A DNA stretch of 25,808 bases from a virus. Its lineage: Duplodnaviria; Caudoviricetes. Numbering within the stretch: position 1 is the stretch's first letter; each line of letters opens with the position of its first letter. The position numbers were made by a program, and so were the translations under genes. Under the pieces are notes generated by a model. That model was not told where the DNA came from. It worked only from the letters and a program-made list of their open reading frames with translations, and did no database searches. Below are positions 16,697 to 25,547 of this stretch, in pieces. The DNA lies in IMG/VR virus record IMGVR_UViG_3300048861_000153, positions 1-25,808 of that record; one strand, given 5' to 3'.

Positions 16697-17050
16697 CTAG
16701 CTCCCCTGAGCCTCCGCTTCCCCCACAGCTTCATCCTTCACACTGCCAAACCATGCCGTGATGATTGCATTATGAATAACAGCCAGGTTGCTAGGAGTGA
16801 TCATCTCGCCCACTTCATCCATCGTGATCTTAGGCTTGGTCTTCAGAAGCGCAGCCCATAGCAGCCCACGAAGTGAGATAGCGTCGAGGTTGCCTGTGAC
16901 TGCGGCAAGCAGGTTTGCTCCGGTAATCTTCTCGGCCTGAACCACAGCATTGAAGTCATATACGAGCTGATAAGTATTCCCCTTCATAACCAGCTCAACA
17001 TTCGGCAGAGTCGGGTCTAGGCCCGGCTCATTCGCAACGGTATTTTGCAT
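16697..17050 (-). CDS. Tail assembly chaperone (gpG-like)
   Basis: YQLVYDFNAV..AE..TG, LRGLLWAAL, ITMDEVG motifs; between tail tube and tape measure; SD AGGTG supports ATG 17050. Confidence 0.85.
   Translation of the reverse strand: MQNTVANEPGLDPTLPNVELVMKGNTYQLVYDFNAVVQAEKITGANLLAAVTGNLDAISLRGLLWAALLKTKPKITMDEVGEMITPSNLAVIHNAIITAWFGSVKDEAVGEAEAQGS
16718..16724 (-). other. Programmed -1 ribosomal frameshift site GGGGGAA
   Basis: GTG GGG GAA near the end of the chaperone ORF; a -1 slip reads GGA AGC GGA GGC TCA GGG GAG CTA GCA GCG CCC TTG AGC TTT into 16299-16688 with no stop. Confidence 0.85.
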
Positions 17051-17073
17051 ATCGATCACCTAAACTCAAAACA

Positions 17074-17115
17074 CAAAAGAAAACGCCGGAAGCCCTGAGG
17101 ATTAGGACTTCCGGC
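17074..17115 (-). terminator. Intrinsic terminator after the tail tube gene
   Basis: Minus strand GCCGGAAGTCCT...AGGGCTTCCGGC followed by GTTTTCTTTT. Confidence 0.8.
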
Positions 17116-17232
17116 AATCACCATAAAGGTAGCTATTACGTCTGATGGAAATAATACTACCTGGACGGCTCCATGTCAGTGCTAGAGAGATGGAAACACG
17201 GAACCCCTCACATGCAAGGCACCATCAAAACT

Positions 17233-17679
17233 TTACGCTCCTGGAGTGTCCGTGACGGCCCCGGTGATCGTGAGTTCAGCATCGAAGGATGCGGCCTCGG
17301 TCACTGAAACACCTGGCATCGGCGCGCTCGAAACATATGCGCTGAAGGTCTTCAACAGCCCAGTTGTCTGGCCCGGAATTGGCGGATATTGCAGCTTGCA
17401 GGTCAGTCTCGTCTGAGCCTGAAACGCTGCCAACAGCATGGCCTGGCCAGCATCGTCCGTTCTAGCGACGACCGTGAAGGTGAGCGTACCGCTATCCAGC
17501 GTCGTCGGAATGCGTTCGATAAAAGCATTGGGACTGTCAAGGTTTGTGATGTCGGCGAAGTTTGCCTTCATCCCTCCCGAAGTCACCTTCTGGATCTGGG
17601 CGACCTTCGTGAAATCGGTCCCATTCAATGAGAGGCTCAGGCTGCCGCCTTTACCTGTAAAACCTACGGATTCCGGCAT
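17233..17679 (-). CDS. Major tail (tube) protein
   Basis: 148 aa; ADITNLDS...IP..LDSG.L.F, F.AYV, LTITG motifs of siphovirus tube proteins. Confidence 0.9.
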   Translation of the reverse strand: MPESVGFTGKGGSLSLSLNGTDFTKVAQIQKVTSGGMKANFADITNLDSPNAFIERIPTTLDSGTLTFTVVARTDDAGQAMLLAAFQAQTRLTCKLQYPPIPGQTTGLLKTFSAYVSSAPMPGVSVTEAASFDAELTITGAVTDTPGA

Positions 17680-17692
17680 GGTTATTCATCCT

Positions 17693-18094
17693 TTACGGGT
17701 TGGATTGGAGTTGCGAGAACTGAATGGCGTAGTCAACACTGACGCGCCTGATACGCGCTTCGGAATCGAACTGATCGTCGCAGCGAACGCGCTGAATGCC
17801 CCACACGCGTACCCCGCTCAGATCGCCGCTGTAACTATCCAGGACGGAATGGAGCGCACGCGCTAAATCCTTCGCCTCGAGATAGCGATTCGCCCAGACG
17901 TCGAACTGCAGTCGCACTCTCGTGAAATCGATGGCGCCGTCGATCGCATAAAGATCTGTTGTCGAGATCAGCTGATACGTCACCGCCGGCAGCGCTTCCT
18001 GCTCTGGCAGTTCGACCGGGAACAAACGATTGCCAGCCAGTTGGCGAAAGGAATCGTCAGCCTTGAGCAGATTGGAAATCGCTGTCTCGATCAC
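17693..18094 (-). CDS. Tail terminator/completion protein (DUF3168-like)
   Basis: RLFPV..P...PAVTYQ.IS, RLQFDVWA, RVSVDY motifs. Confidence 0.88.
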   Translation of the reverse strand: MIETAISNLLKADDSFRQLAGNRLFPVELPEQEALPAVTYQLISTTDLYAIDGAIDFTRVRLQFDVWANRYLEAKDLARALHSVLDSYSGDLSGVRVWGIQRVRCDDQFDSEARIRRVSVDYAIQFSQLQSNP

Positions 18095-18432
18095 CGCTGG
18101 ATCCCTTCCCCCAACTCAAGGCAATAGAGCTTGAGCTCCACCTGAGTCTCATCTTCGTCAACAACTGCCTGGACCTGGAAGATCCGGCCCCGATAGACCA
18201 CCCGATAGGAACTGCGCACCGCCATCGAGGGATGAAACAAGATCGTTATAAGATGGCTTACCTGCGACGTGAATCCGCTTGCCGCATAGACTTCTTTCGA
18301 GGTCACAGCGCGGATCTCGGCCCATGTCGATCGCAGGTCATTCCACTGCTCGAGCTTCTCACCCGCGTCATCCTGCTCATCAGTTTGCTGCTGGATCAGA
18401 ACGCAGTGTCTCCGTTTGCCGGCGGCAATCAT
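18091..18432 (-). CDS. Head closure protein (SPP1 gp16-like)
   Basis: AGKRRH.V.IQ, W....WAEI, RVVYRGRIF.V, L.LYC motifs. Confidence 0.92.
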   Translation of the reverse strand: MIAAGKRRHCVLIQQQTDEQDDAGEKLEQWNDLRSTWAEIRAVTSKEVYAASGFTSQVSHLITILFHPSMAVRSSYRVVYRGRIFQVQAVVDEDETQVELKLYCLELGEGIQR

Positions 18433-19104
18433 CTAGAGCTCCAGATTCCTGTAGGGCCACATCAGCAACTTCGCTGTCATGGGAACCTCTTCCGGCTTCA
18501 CACCGGAGACCATGATCACGGCCTCGCGGTTGGCATACCAATGAGCGATAAGCTGCTGCATGCCCAGGAGCACACCTTGCGGACAATCCTTACCCGCCAC
18601 AAAGCTAATCTCAATCGCGCCAGGCTCAGCCTGCGTTGCTGGCCATGACGTTCCATACTTCGGATAAAGCTTCGCTGGGCCATCATCGTCAGCGACAATA
18701 AAGTAGTTCGCCTGATCAAGGGTTTGCTGCGTACCGTCAGAGCCGAGGTAACTAATCGACGTGATGCTCTGCACCGGACCCATGGGAATCTCGATCGCAA
18801 AACGCTTCGGCAGAGTCATGCGGTACTCAAATTCGCTCGGCCAAAGCTCATACCCCAGATCGCAGCCGTATGTCCCGTTTGTGCACACAGCGGACGGAAA
18901 ATGATCCAGCGTCAGCTTCCAGGCTTCATTCGAACCGAAAGAGGCTCTGCAGAAGATCTCCGCCTGCTCGCGCGCGGCGCGAATCAGCAGGCCAACCAGG
19001 TCATCATCCTGGGTGATGTCCGCGTCGATTCGCAGGAAGTTCTTCGCCTGCTGCAACGTGATCGGCTCGACAGTAGCGTCCGCAATTTTTACCAGTGTGC
19101 CCAC
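18433..19104 (-). CDS. Head-tail connector (gp6-like, long form)
   Basis: EPITL..AK.FLRID...DD.L...I.AARE.AE and LIAHWYANRE...VP...L.PYR motifs; SD GAGGAG. Confidence 0.92.
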   Translation of the reverse strand: MGTLVKIADATVEPITLQQAKNFLRIDADITQDDDLVGLLIRAAREQAEIFCRASFGSNEAWKLTLDHFPSAVCTNGTYGCDLGYELWPSEFEYRMTLPKRFAIEIPMGPVQSITSISYLGSDGTQQTLDQANYFIVADDDGPAKLYPKYGTSWPATQAEPGAIEISFVAGKDCPQGVLLGMQQLIAHWYANREAVIMVSGVKPEEVPMTAKLLMWPYRNLEL

Positions 19105-19231
19105 ACTGTCTCCTCAAAGTACGGTAGGGAGGGATGGCCCCAATGAAGCTCCATCCCTGTCTCCCGTCCGTTCCCGGACGGCATTCGGTCCGATCCGGGT
19201 TCTAATGGGTGAATCCACCCACAGTGCGGTG

Positions 19232-19564
19232 CTACTTGTTTTCGCCGGCGGCCTGGTCGGCCTTGGCTTTCTCTGCAGCCTCGATATCGGCAGACGATAA
19301 ATCGACCTTTGCAGCCAGATCGATTCCAACAAGTGGCTTCACTTCGTTGTCGAGAGGACGCTGATTGACCACCAGATCTCCAGACTCGGGATCAACGGTG
19401 ATCTCTTCCGTGACAGCATCCGTGTCGCCGGCGCGTGGATCTCCCTGGCCAGGCCCATTCGGAGCAGCATGCGGATGAGGAACATGAACACCGCCGACGA
19501 CCAAAGTACTTCCCGCGGGAAGTCGAGAGGTATCGGGCTGATTTACGTCGTTTACTTTTTCCAT
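19232..19564 (-). CDS. Hypothetical acidic protein after the capsid gene
   Basis: 110 aa, SD AAGGAG, operon orientation. Confidence 0.7.
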   Translation of the reverse strand: MEKVNDVNQPDTSRLPAGSTLVVGGVHVPHPHAAPNGPGQGDPRAGDTDAVTEEITVDPESGDLVVNQRPLDNEVKPLVGIDLAAKVDLSSADIEAAEKAKADQAAGENK

Positions 19565-19644
19565 GACAGATCTCCTTATGAGCGTGGCCTGCAGGCAATA
19601 CAGGCCACGTCACGGGGTTATCGTGCAGTTGTGGTTGGGGAGGA

Positions 19645-20832
19645 CTAGGCGTGCATCGTCTGCTTGACGATGGCGTCCGTGTTCAACAGCTTGCCGTCAA
19701 CACGCTCATTGATCTTGAACCCGATCTGACCGGACTCGGCATACAACTCATTGAGCCGCTGCATCTCGAAGCCCGAACGGTCGACGATCTGGTAGTAGCT
19801 GAAATCGCCATACAGCGCCGCTACTACCGTCGCTGCCGGTGCGAGGATGAAGTTGCTGACGCGGTAGGGAACACCGTAGATGCGATCCGGAACGCCCAGC
19901 TGCAGACTCGGCTGCCAGAGGTACTGGCCCGTCGTATCCTTCAGCTTGCGTACCAGCTTCACCCATCCATCAGACGAAAGCAAAGTTGCGTTGACGCGAT
20001 ACTGCGTTGGCAACGCATAAATGAGATCAATCACCTCATCCGCCGTTGGAGCCGTCGGGGAGGCCGTAGTCGTTCCGCCAGTGACCGACGTGACGACGCC
20101 TGTGGGCTTCTTATTGCCATCACCCGATATGAAGGCTGCCTCTTCCGCCTGCGCGATCGACACCTTGGAACGGTCACCGATGTAGGCACCGATATCGGTG
20201 AATGAGTCCGCGAGCAGCTCCTCGGATGCCTTCAGAATTCCGCCCAGCTTGTAAGCGCTCAGCGTTGCGCGCCCGACGGTCAGATCCGTCTGCGGATAGG
20301 TTCCGAGCTCATCGATCCAGCCGAAGGTCGGAAGCGATCCTTCCATCGGGATGACACGGTCAGAGTCCAGCTGGACGACACTGGCAAGCAGCCGCATGAC
20401 ATTGAGGGGATAAACCTTCTTCCGGATCTCGGTCTCGTAGTCAGTAGGAACGAGGTAGCCAGCCTGAGTACCGGTGGCCTTCGTTAGAGAGTTAGTGACG
20501 TCGAGCGGCGTGCGAGCCCCGTACAGCATCCACTGACCATAGTTCTGCTTGTACTCTTTCGTGGCGCGCGGATTCTTCTTCCCATCCTCATTTTCGATAT
20601 TGGGACGAATCGCATCGTCACGATGGGCATTGTCCTTAGCGGCTGCCTCGATTGCTACATGGCGATCGACCTGAGCCTTGATGGCATCAGATTCCTTCTC
20701 CATCTTGTCGTACTTTTCTTTCTCCTCAGACGTGAAATCGCGCTTCTCCGTGATCACAAGATCGTTCATCTCGCGCATCTGCTTGATGAGGACGCCCCGC
20801 TGCTGGAGCTTTTCGTTTGCGTTGAAAGCCAT
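19645..20832 (-). CDS. Major capsid protein, HK97 fold with N-terminal delta (scaffold) domain
   Basis: Coiled-coil N-terminus, AGYLVP, SEELLAD, GDG.KKP.G, LKD..G.YLWQP, GDF..Y, RVDG motifs. Confidence 0.97.
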   Translation of the reverse strand: MAFNANEKLQQRGVLIKQMREMNDLVITEKRDFTSEEKEKYDKMEKESDAIKAQVDRHVAIEAAAKDNAHRDDAIRPNIENEDGKKNPRATKEYKQNYGQWMLYGARTPLDVTNSLTKATGTQAGYLVPTDYETEIRKKVYPLNVMRLLASVVQLDSDRVIPMEGSLPTFGWIDELGTYPQTDLTVGRATLSAYKLGGILKASEELLADSFTDIGAYIGDRSKVSIAQAEEAAFISGDGNKKPTGVVTSVTGGTTTASPTAPTADEVIDLIYALPTQYRVNATLLSSDGWVKLVRKLKDTTGQYLWQPSLQLGVPDRIYGVPYRVSNFILAPAATVVAALYGDFSYYQIVDRSGFEMQRLNELYAESGQIGFKINERVDGKLLNTDAIVKQTMHA

Positions 20833-20861
20833 GTGTCATCTCCTTCCGCCGACTGGCGGGC

Positions 20862-20887
20862 AAAACAAAACCCGCCTCGGCGGCGGG
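20862..20887 (-). terminator. Terminator-like hairpin between protease and capsid genes
   Basis: Minus strand CCCGCC-GCCGA-GGCGGG-TTTTGTTTT. Confidence 0.55.
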
Positions 20888-20912
20888 GTCGAAAGATGGT
20901 TGAAGGTTGGAT

Positions 20913-21770
20913 CTAGCGGACTTCTGCCAGACTTAGGTTTCGATTGCGAGCTTGTGCAGCAATCAGCGCTTTTTGCTGAAATTCTTCTTCATTTCGGCTG
21001 TTTTCAGGCGTTTTTATTGCATTTTCGGGCTGCTTTTTCATCCCCGAATAGGCCTCTTTTACCGAGTTTGGAACGTTCCTGAAGCCGCTGAGATCGAAGC
21101 GTTCTTCAGCGCCCGCCGGCGTCTTTGTTCCCGAATCAAGGATCTTGTCCGCAAAACCCGCATCCACCGCCTCCTGGGCAGTAAACCAGGTCTCCACATC
21201 CATGTATGCGATCAATTCATCGGGAGTTTTCCCCGTCCTGGCATACGCGCCCAGCAACTGGGCCCCGCGGATCTTACTCAACAGGTCCGCGATGTCCCGG
21301 AAGTCATTCTCATCACCATAAGCAAAGGTCGCAGGGTTATGGATCATGACCATAGCCGTATCGGAGATGCTGATTGCATCGCCCGCCATGGCGATCACCG
21401 AGGCGATACTCGCAGCCAGGGAATCTACCTGGACATTGATCGTTGCAGGATGGGTCTTCAGAGCGTTGTAGATCGCGATGCCCTCGAATACATTTCCGCC
21501 AGGCGAATTGATCCGGACGGTAATGTTGTCGACGTCCCCCAGCGCCGCGAGCTGCTCGACAAAATCCTTCGAGAGGATGCCACCGTCCCAGGTCGCGCCG
21601 ATCACGTCATAGATCAGAATCTCGGCCGACTTGCCGTCGGTCTCCATCTTCAAATCGCGAGGCTTACGATCTTCGGCAAGCTGGCGCGCAAACAGAGCGG
21701 CTTCTTTCTTGCTAAGGCCGGCGACGATCATCGCTGCCTGCAAGTGCTGTCTAAACATGGAAAGCTTCAT
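20913..21770 (-). CDS. ClpP-type prohead maturation protease
   Basis: INSPGGNV, AASIASVI (Ser), MIHNP (His), ETWFTAQEA..GFAD motifs. Confidence 0.95.
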   Translation of the reverse strand: MKLSMFRQHLQAAMIVAGLSKKEAALFARQLAEDRKPRDLKMETDGKSAEILIYDVIGATWDGGILSKDFVEQLAALGDVDNITVRINSPGGNVFEGIAIYNALKTHPATINVQVDSLAASIASVIAMAGDAISISDTAMVMIHNPATFAYGDENDFRDIADLLSKIRGAQLLGAYARTGKTPDELIAYMDVETWFTAQEAVDAGFADKILDSGTKTPAGAEERFDLSGFRNVPNSVKEAYSGMKKQPENAIKTPENSRNEEEFQQKALIAAQARNRNLSLAEVR

Positions 21771-23062
21771 TACGATTGCCCCTCCGATTGATTGTCAGAA
21801 CCCTTCTTCTTAATTGGCTCACCCGGCTTCATCGTTCCCGAGGTGGTATTCGGGTTCTGATAGACATCGCCACCCTCGCGAGGATTGAGGAACTCTTTCT
21901 TGCGAGCCTCGTTCGGGTTCAACCAGGTATTCGCGATGCCCGAAGCGTAGTAGTTGGCGCGAGCTTCCATATCGCCGCGCTGCAGCGAATCCACATCGAA
22001 TCGAATCACATACTTCTTTCGCTCGTTCGGCAGCAGTAAATCCCGATTAGCGGTCTGCTCATGACGGACAAGCCAGGGCATGAGACTGGAATTCACAAAG
22101 TCCATGCTCAGATGCTCGATATTGTTGAACGTTGCGCGAGCCAGATCCTGAATCTTATGAGGCGGCACGCGATAAAAGCGGCAGATCTCCTCGTTTTGAA
22201 ACTTGCGGGATTCAATGAACTGAGTATCGACGTTGCTGAGGCCGAGCTTCTCGACCTTCATGCCTTCTTCAAGCACGATCGCCTTGAAAGCATTACGGGA
22301 TCCACTGTACTTGTTAGCGATCGAAGCGAGAAAGCGTTTCTGAGCTCCTTCAGACATCTCGCCCGGGTGCGTGAAGGCAGTCGCGATCTGAGCACCGTTC
22401 GAGAAGAGCTTGGCACCATGCTCCTCAGTGGCCAACGCCAGACCCATCGCCTCACGCGCATACGTCAGCGGGCTCACGCCGTTGATGCCGTTCCATGTCA
22501 TGCCAATCGTGCGCCAAACCTGGCCCGCTCGCAGATCCAGCTCTCCGTCTTCCCCGTTATACTCATATCGCAACTCACCACCATTGGCGCTGCGGTACAT
22601 TCTCATGCGATCCGGATTGAGAGGATAGATGCCTTCTACTTCACCGCCAACGCGAACTACCTGCCGGTAAGCGTTCCCTCGCATCAACAGGTGATTCATG
22701 GAGATCTCATGCCCTTCCTGAGCCGTCATCTCCTCGTTCGGCATGTGCTGAAGCAAGCCATAAAGCGGATGATCGACAGCCGGCGTCATCGAGCCATCTG
22801 ACTTCACTCGATACAACACCATTGGGAGCTGGCCAACGGATTCACGCAGAACCGTGACGCAGGCATACGCTGCGCTGATCCGCATTGCCGTCGTCGGCGT
22901 GATGAGCTTGCCGGACGCTGACGATCCTCCGCCGAACATTTCGTTCACCCAGGGAGATGGCGAGGCAAGCGAGCTCGTCTGATTCGAGATCCCCAGTGAT
23001 ACAAACGGAGATTCTTCCTGCGAAACACGGAAGGCATCACGGATGTTTGACAGAAGGCTCAA
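21770..23062 (-). CDS. Portal protein, HK97 family
   Basis: AYACV...V..LP, PN..MT, RGNAY, G.SP, LEEG, EEICRFY.VPPH, F.NIE, PNEAR motifs; start reassigned to TTG 23062 overlapping the terminase stop, GAGGAG upstream. Confidence 0.95.
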   Translation of the reverse strand: MSLLSNIRDAFRVSQEESPFVSLGISNQTSSLASPSPWVNEMFGGGSSASGKLITPTTAMRISAAYACVTVLRESVGQLPMVLYRVKSDGSMTPAVDHPLYGLLQHMPNEEMTAQEGHEISMNHLLMRGNAYRQVVRVGGEVEGIYPLNPDRMRMYRSANGGELRYEYNGEDGELDLRAGQVWRTIGMTWNGINGVSPLTYAREAMGLALATEEHGAKLFSNGAQIATAFTHPGEMSEGAQKRFLASIANKYSGSRNAFKAIVLEEGMKVEKLGLSNVDTQFIESRKFQNEEICRFYRVPPHKIQDLARATFNNIEHLSMDFVNSSLMPWLVRHEQTANRDLLLPNERKKYVIRFDVDSLQRGDMEARANYYASGIANTWLNPNEARKKEFLNPREGGDVYQNPNTTSGTMKPGEPIKKKGSDNQSEGQS

Positions 23063-24834
23063 ATGACTATCGCTCCTCGTTCTTCGTAAACAGACTTCGC
23101 CTTGGACGCGCCCAGCATGGCCCGGTTCATTCCCGTCAGCAGCGCGCTGAAAGGATCGATCTTGTTCTTTCCATGCTTCTCTTTGCGCGGAAAGATGTTT
23201 TCGTTCGCATCTTCCTTCGCGATAACGTTCGACACCGCCCAGGTAGAAACGGGATCGCCGTCGTGATGGAACCGCTCTGAGAGAACAGCGGCCTCGATTT
23301 CTTTCATTGCATCGGAGAGGTTCTTTACCGTCTGGTCGACGGTGATGACGATGTCGCCTCGAAACTTTGCCTCGAGGTTCTGCTGCATCTGCAGAGCGCT
23401 CCAGGGATCGAAGGCGATGCATTGATCATCGAACTTTCCGAACTCCCGCTCGATGTCCTCCTGGACGCGCTGAAGCTTGATTTCAGCCCCGTCATGCGCG
23501 ATCATCCGCTCTTCGTGCACCCACTTCTCATAGTGGGAATGCTCGCCGTCGAAGGCCTTCCCTTTCGGGATGTAGTGCTTCCAGAAGACCGTGTAGTGGA
23601 TCTGGCCGCCGCGCTCCTCTCGGAAAATCCTGCACCGGGATGCCAAGTCGATCTTCGCTGCGAGATCGTTTCCACTCCAGCACTTCTGATGTGCGAAGTC
23701 CTCGAGCCTCAGCGTTGCATCCGCACACTTGCGCCAGGCGTCCATGTTCATCCAGGCCGTTGCAGCATTGACCCAGACGTTGAGGTGCTTTGTCTTGAAG
23801 ACATTCTGTTTGTGCGCGGACTGAATCGCGTCGCGCTGCTGCCTCTCCAGGAACTCCGCAAACACCGAAACCCCAAAGTTGGGGTTCGCCATGATCAACG
23901 CATCGCGGGATTTCCAATCCGTCTCCGGATCGATCCCGTACATCACGCAGAACAGATTGTCATTCTCGATCAGGCCTTCGAGAACCTTCTCGCAGTCCTG
24001 CTCGAGCAGATGGCAAGGCCCATCGATCAGGCTTCCGGCCGTCGTGATGTTGAGCATGAGAGGCTGCTCGCGCGCGCCCATGCCGGTCTGCATCGTGTCA
24101 TGCAAAACCGCGGTCTCATGCTCGTGATACTCATCGTTGACTGCGCATGAAGGCGAAGATCCGTCACCCGGCGTACCGACCACCGGCTCCATGCGGCTGC
24201 CGTCTTCATCGCGATAGATGCTCTTCGCGGCGGTATCAATGCCGAAGTACTCCTGCAGCTCCGGCGTCCTCTTCGCCATCTGCAAAGCCGGCCGAAATAC
24301 CTCCCAGGCCTGCTTCTCTTTCGTCGCTCCTGAATAAACCTCCGCACCATACTCGCCATCGGCGACGAGCATGTAAAGCGCGATCCCGGCGGCCAGAATC
24401 GACTTGCCGTTCTTGCGCGGAACCTTGATATAGGCTTCGCTGTATCGTCGAAGCTCAGTTAGCTTGTGGATCCAGCCAAAGATCGAGCAGACTATAAAGA
24501 TCTGCCAGGGCTGGAGGACGATGTTATTGCTGACGCCGGGACGTTTCCGCGCCCATTGCCCTTTGACATGCGGCAGCATCTCGATGAAGCTGCATGCATG
24601 TTCCGCGCGGTCCGTATCGAACTTGTAGGGATAATCCTTGTTGCGCGACTTGACCAGGTCATCGAGATGACGCTGGCAAGTCTTCTTCACCCATTTATTG
24701 GCGAGAATCTTGCCGGCGATGACATCTCGCGCATACTGTGTTGCTCGAGCTGCGAACGAAGAGGGAGTGCTAGGCTCCGCGGGCTCGCGTTTTCGCCGCG
24801 AGCTGGCCCCACTTGCTCTCTTCTTTACCGTCAT
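23059..24834 (-). CDS. terL: Terminase large subunit
   Basis: LQPWQ, Walker A PRKNGKS, Walker B AVNDEYH, ITTAG, nuclease DLA...D and KIDP motifs. Confidence 0.97.
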   Translation of the reverse strand: MTVKKRASGASSRRKREPAEPSTPSSFAARATQYARDVIAGKILANKWVKKTCQRHLDDLVKSRNKDYPYKFDTDRAEHACSFIEMLPHVKGQWARKRPGVSNNIVLQPWQIFIVCSIFGWIHKLTELRRYSEAYIKVPRKNGKSILAAGIALYMLVADGEYGAEVYSGATKEKQAWEVFRPALQMAKRTPELQEYFGIDTAAKSIYRDEDGSRMEPVVGTPGDGSSPSCAVNDEYHEHETAVLHDTMQTGMGAREQPLMLNITTAGSLIDGPCHLLEQDCEKVLEGLIENDNLFCVMYGIDPETDWKSRDALIMANPNFGVSVFAEFLERQQRDAIQSAHKQNVFKTKHLNVWVNAATAWMNMDAWRKCADATLRLEDFAHQKCWSGNDLAAKIDLASRCRIFREERGGQIHYTVFWKHYIPKGKAFDGEHSHYEKWVHEERMIAHDGAEIKLQRVQEDIEREFGKFDDQCIAFDPWSALQMQQNLEAKFRGDIVITVDQTVKNLSDAMKEIEAAVLSERFHHDGDPVSTWAVSNVIAKEDANENIFPRKEKHGKNKIDPFSALLTGMNRAMLGASKAKSVYEERGAIVI

Positions 24835-25204
24835 TACTCTTCACGCCGCGAACGGTCGACTGCGCCGCGGGATTCATTCCCATCTGAGTCAGGAACTTGT
24901 TGAGGTTTGAGAAATCGCCCGTCTTTGCCAGACCGTGGCGAACTTTGTACATCAGCCTGCAGGTCACTTCGAGATGCATCCGATGCGAACGATTGAGAAC
25001 GCCAGGAGCCGCATCCGCGATCAGCTCATCCCAGATCCCCCGGAGCTCCACGCGAACACTCATCTCACCCTGGAACGAATCCGGATAGTCTCCGATCGGA
25101 TCCGCCACAACAGGCTCATCCTCGCGCTCGGACGCCCTCTGCGGATTCTTCTTAAACGCTCCACGCGCCTCAAGTATCGATGTTGGAACCCTCGGTGCCG
25201 GCAT
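24770..25204 (-). CDS. terS: Terminase small subunit (P27-like)
   Basis: Start reassigned to ATG 25204 (MPAPRVPT.....G..KKNP.R), W..L, MGMNP motifs; immediately upstream of terL. Confidence 0.82.
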   Translation of the reverse strand: MPAPRVPTSILEARGAFKKNPQRASEREDEPVVADPIGDYPDSFQGEMSVRVELRGIWDELIADAAPGVLNRSHRMHLEVTCRLMYKVRHGLAKTGDFSNLNKFLTQMGMNPAAQSTVRGVKSNDGKEESKWGQLAAKTRARGA

Positions 25205-25547
25205 TATCCCTCTCGTAAACGCTCGGTGTACCTTGCGGACACACCTCGATCGACAGCTCTCCATCCTGGACAACCTTCATCGACATCGTGTCGAGCAGAT
25301 CCCCGAGAGGCGTCGATCCGTCCTCACGATCATCTAGCAGCTTGCCGGCAATATCTTTCGCGAAGGCAGCCGAATCCTCCACGCGAAAGGCCTGCACAAA
25401 CCTTCCATGCAGGTCGTCATAAGGATTCCAATCCGTCGAATGCTCGGCCGCAAAAACCAACGTCGCTATGCCCACCCTGATGACCAGCTGCTCGCCGATC
25501 ACCTCAGCGCTCAATGGAGCGTCAATCGCCTTCGCCTGATTCATCAC
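25170..25547 (-). CDS. Hypothetical phage protein
   Basis: 125-aa ORF with globular composition in operon orientation, overlapping the terS start. Confidence 0.65.
   Translation of the reverse strand: MMNQAKAIDAPLSAEVIGEQLVIRVGIATLVFAAEHSTDWNPYDDLHGRFVQAFRVEDSAAFAKDIAGKLLDDREDGSTPLGDLLDTMSMKVVQDGELSIEVCPQGTPSVYERDNAGTEGSNIDT

Noticed and set aside
17142-17151. Hammerhead-like CTGATGGAAA
   Set aside because: Lacks the conserved GA and stem II between CUGA and GAAA.
19583-19609. 9-bp hairpin CGTGGCCTG/CAGGCCACG after the capsid stop as a terminator
   Set aside because: No U tract follows on the coding strand; may be a stabilising hairpin but cannot be called.
20952-21791. Long plus-strand ORFs (also 11360-12202, 19651-20205, 22061-22801, 23422-24150)
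   Set aside because: Antisense shadows of well-supported minus-strand genes in GC-rich DNA; Arg/His-rich without motifs.
23063-23422. 120-aa N-terminal extension of the portal ORF
   Set aside because: Lies within terL in another frame; the TTG at 23062 with SD and stop-overlap is the plausible start.
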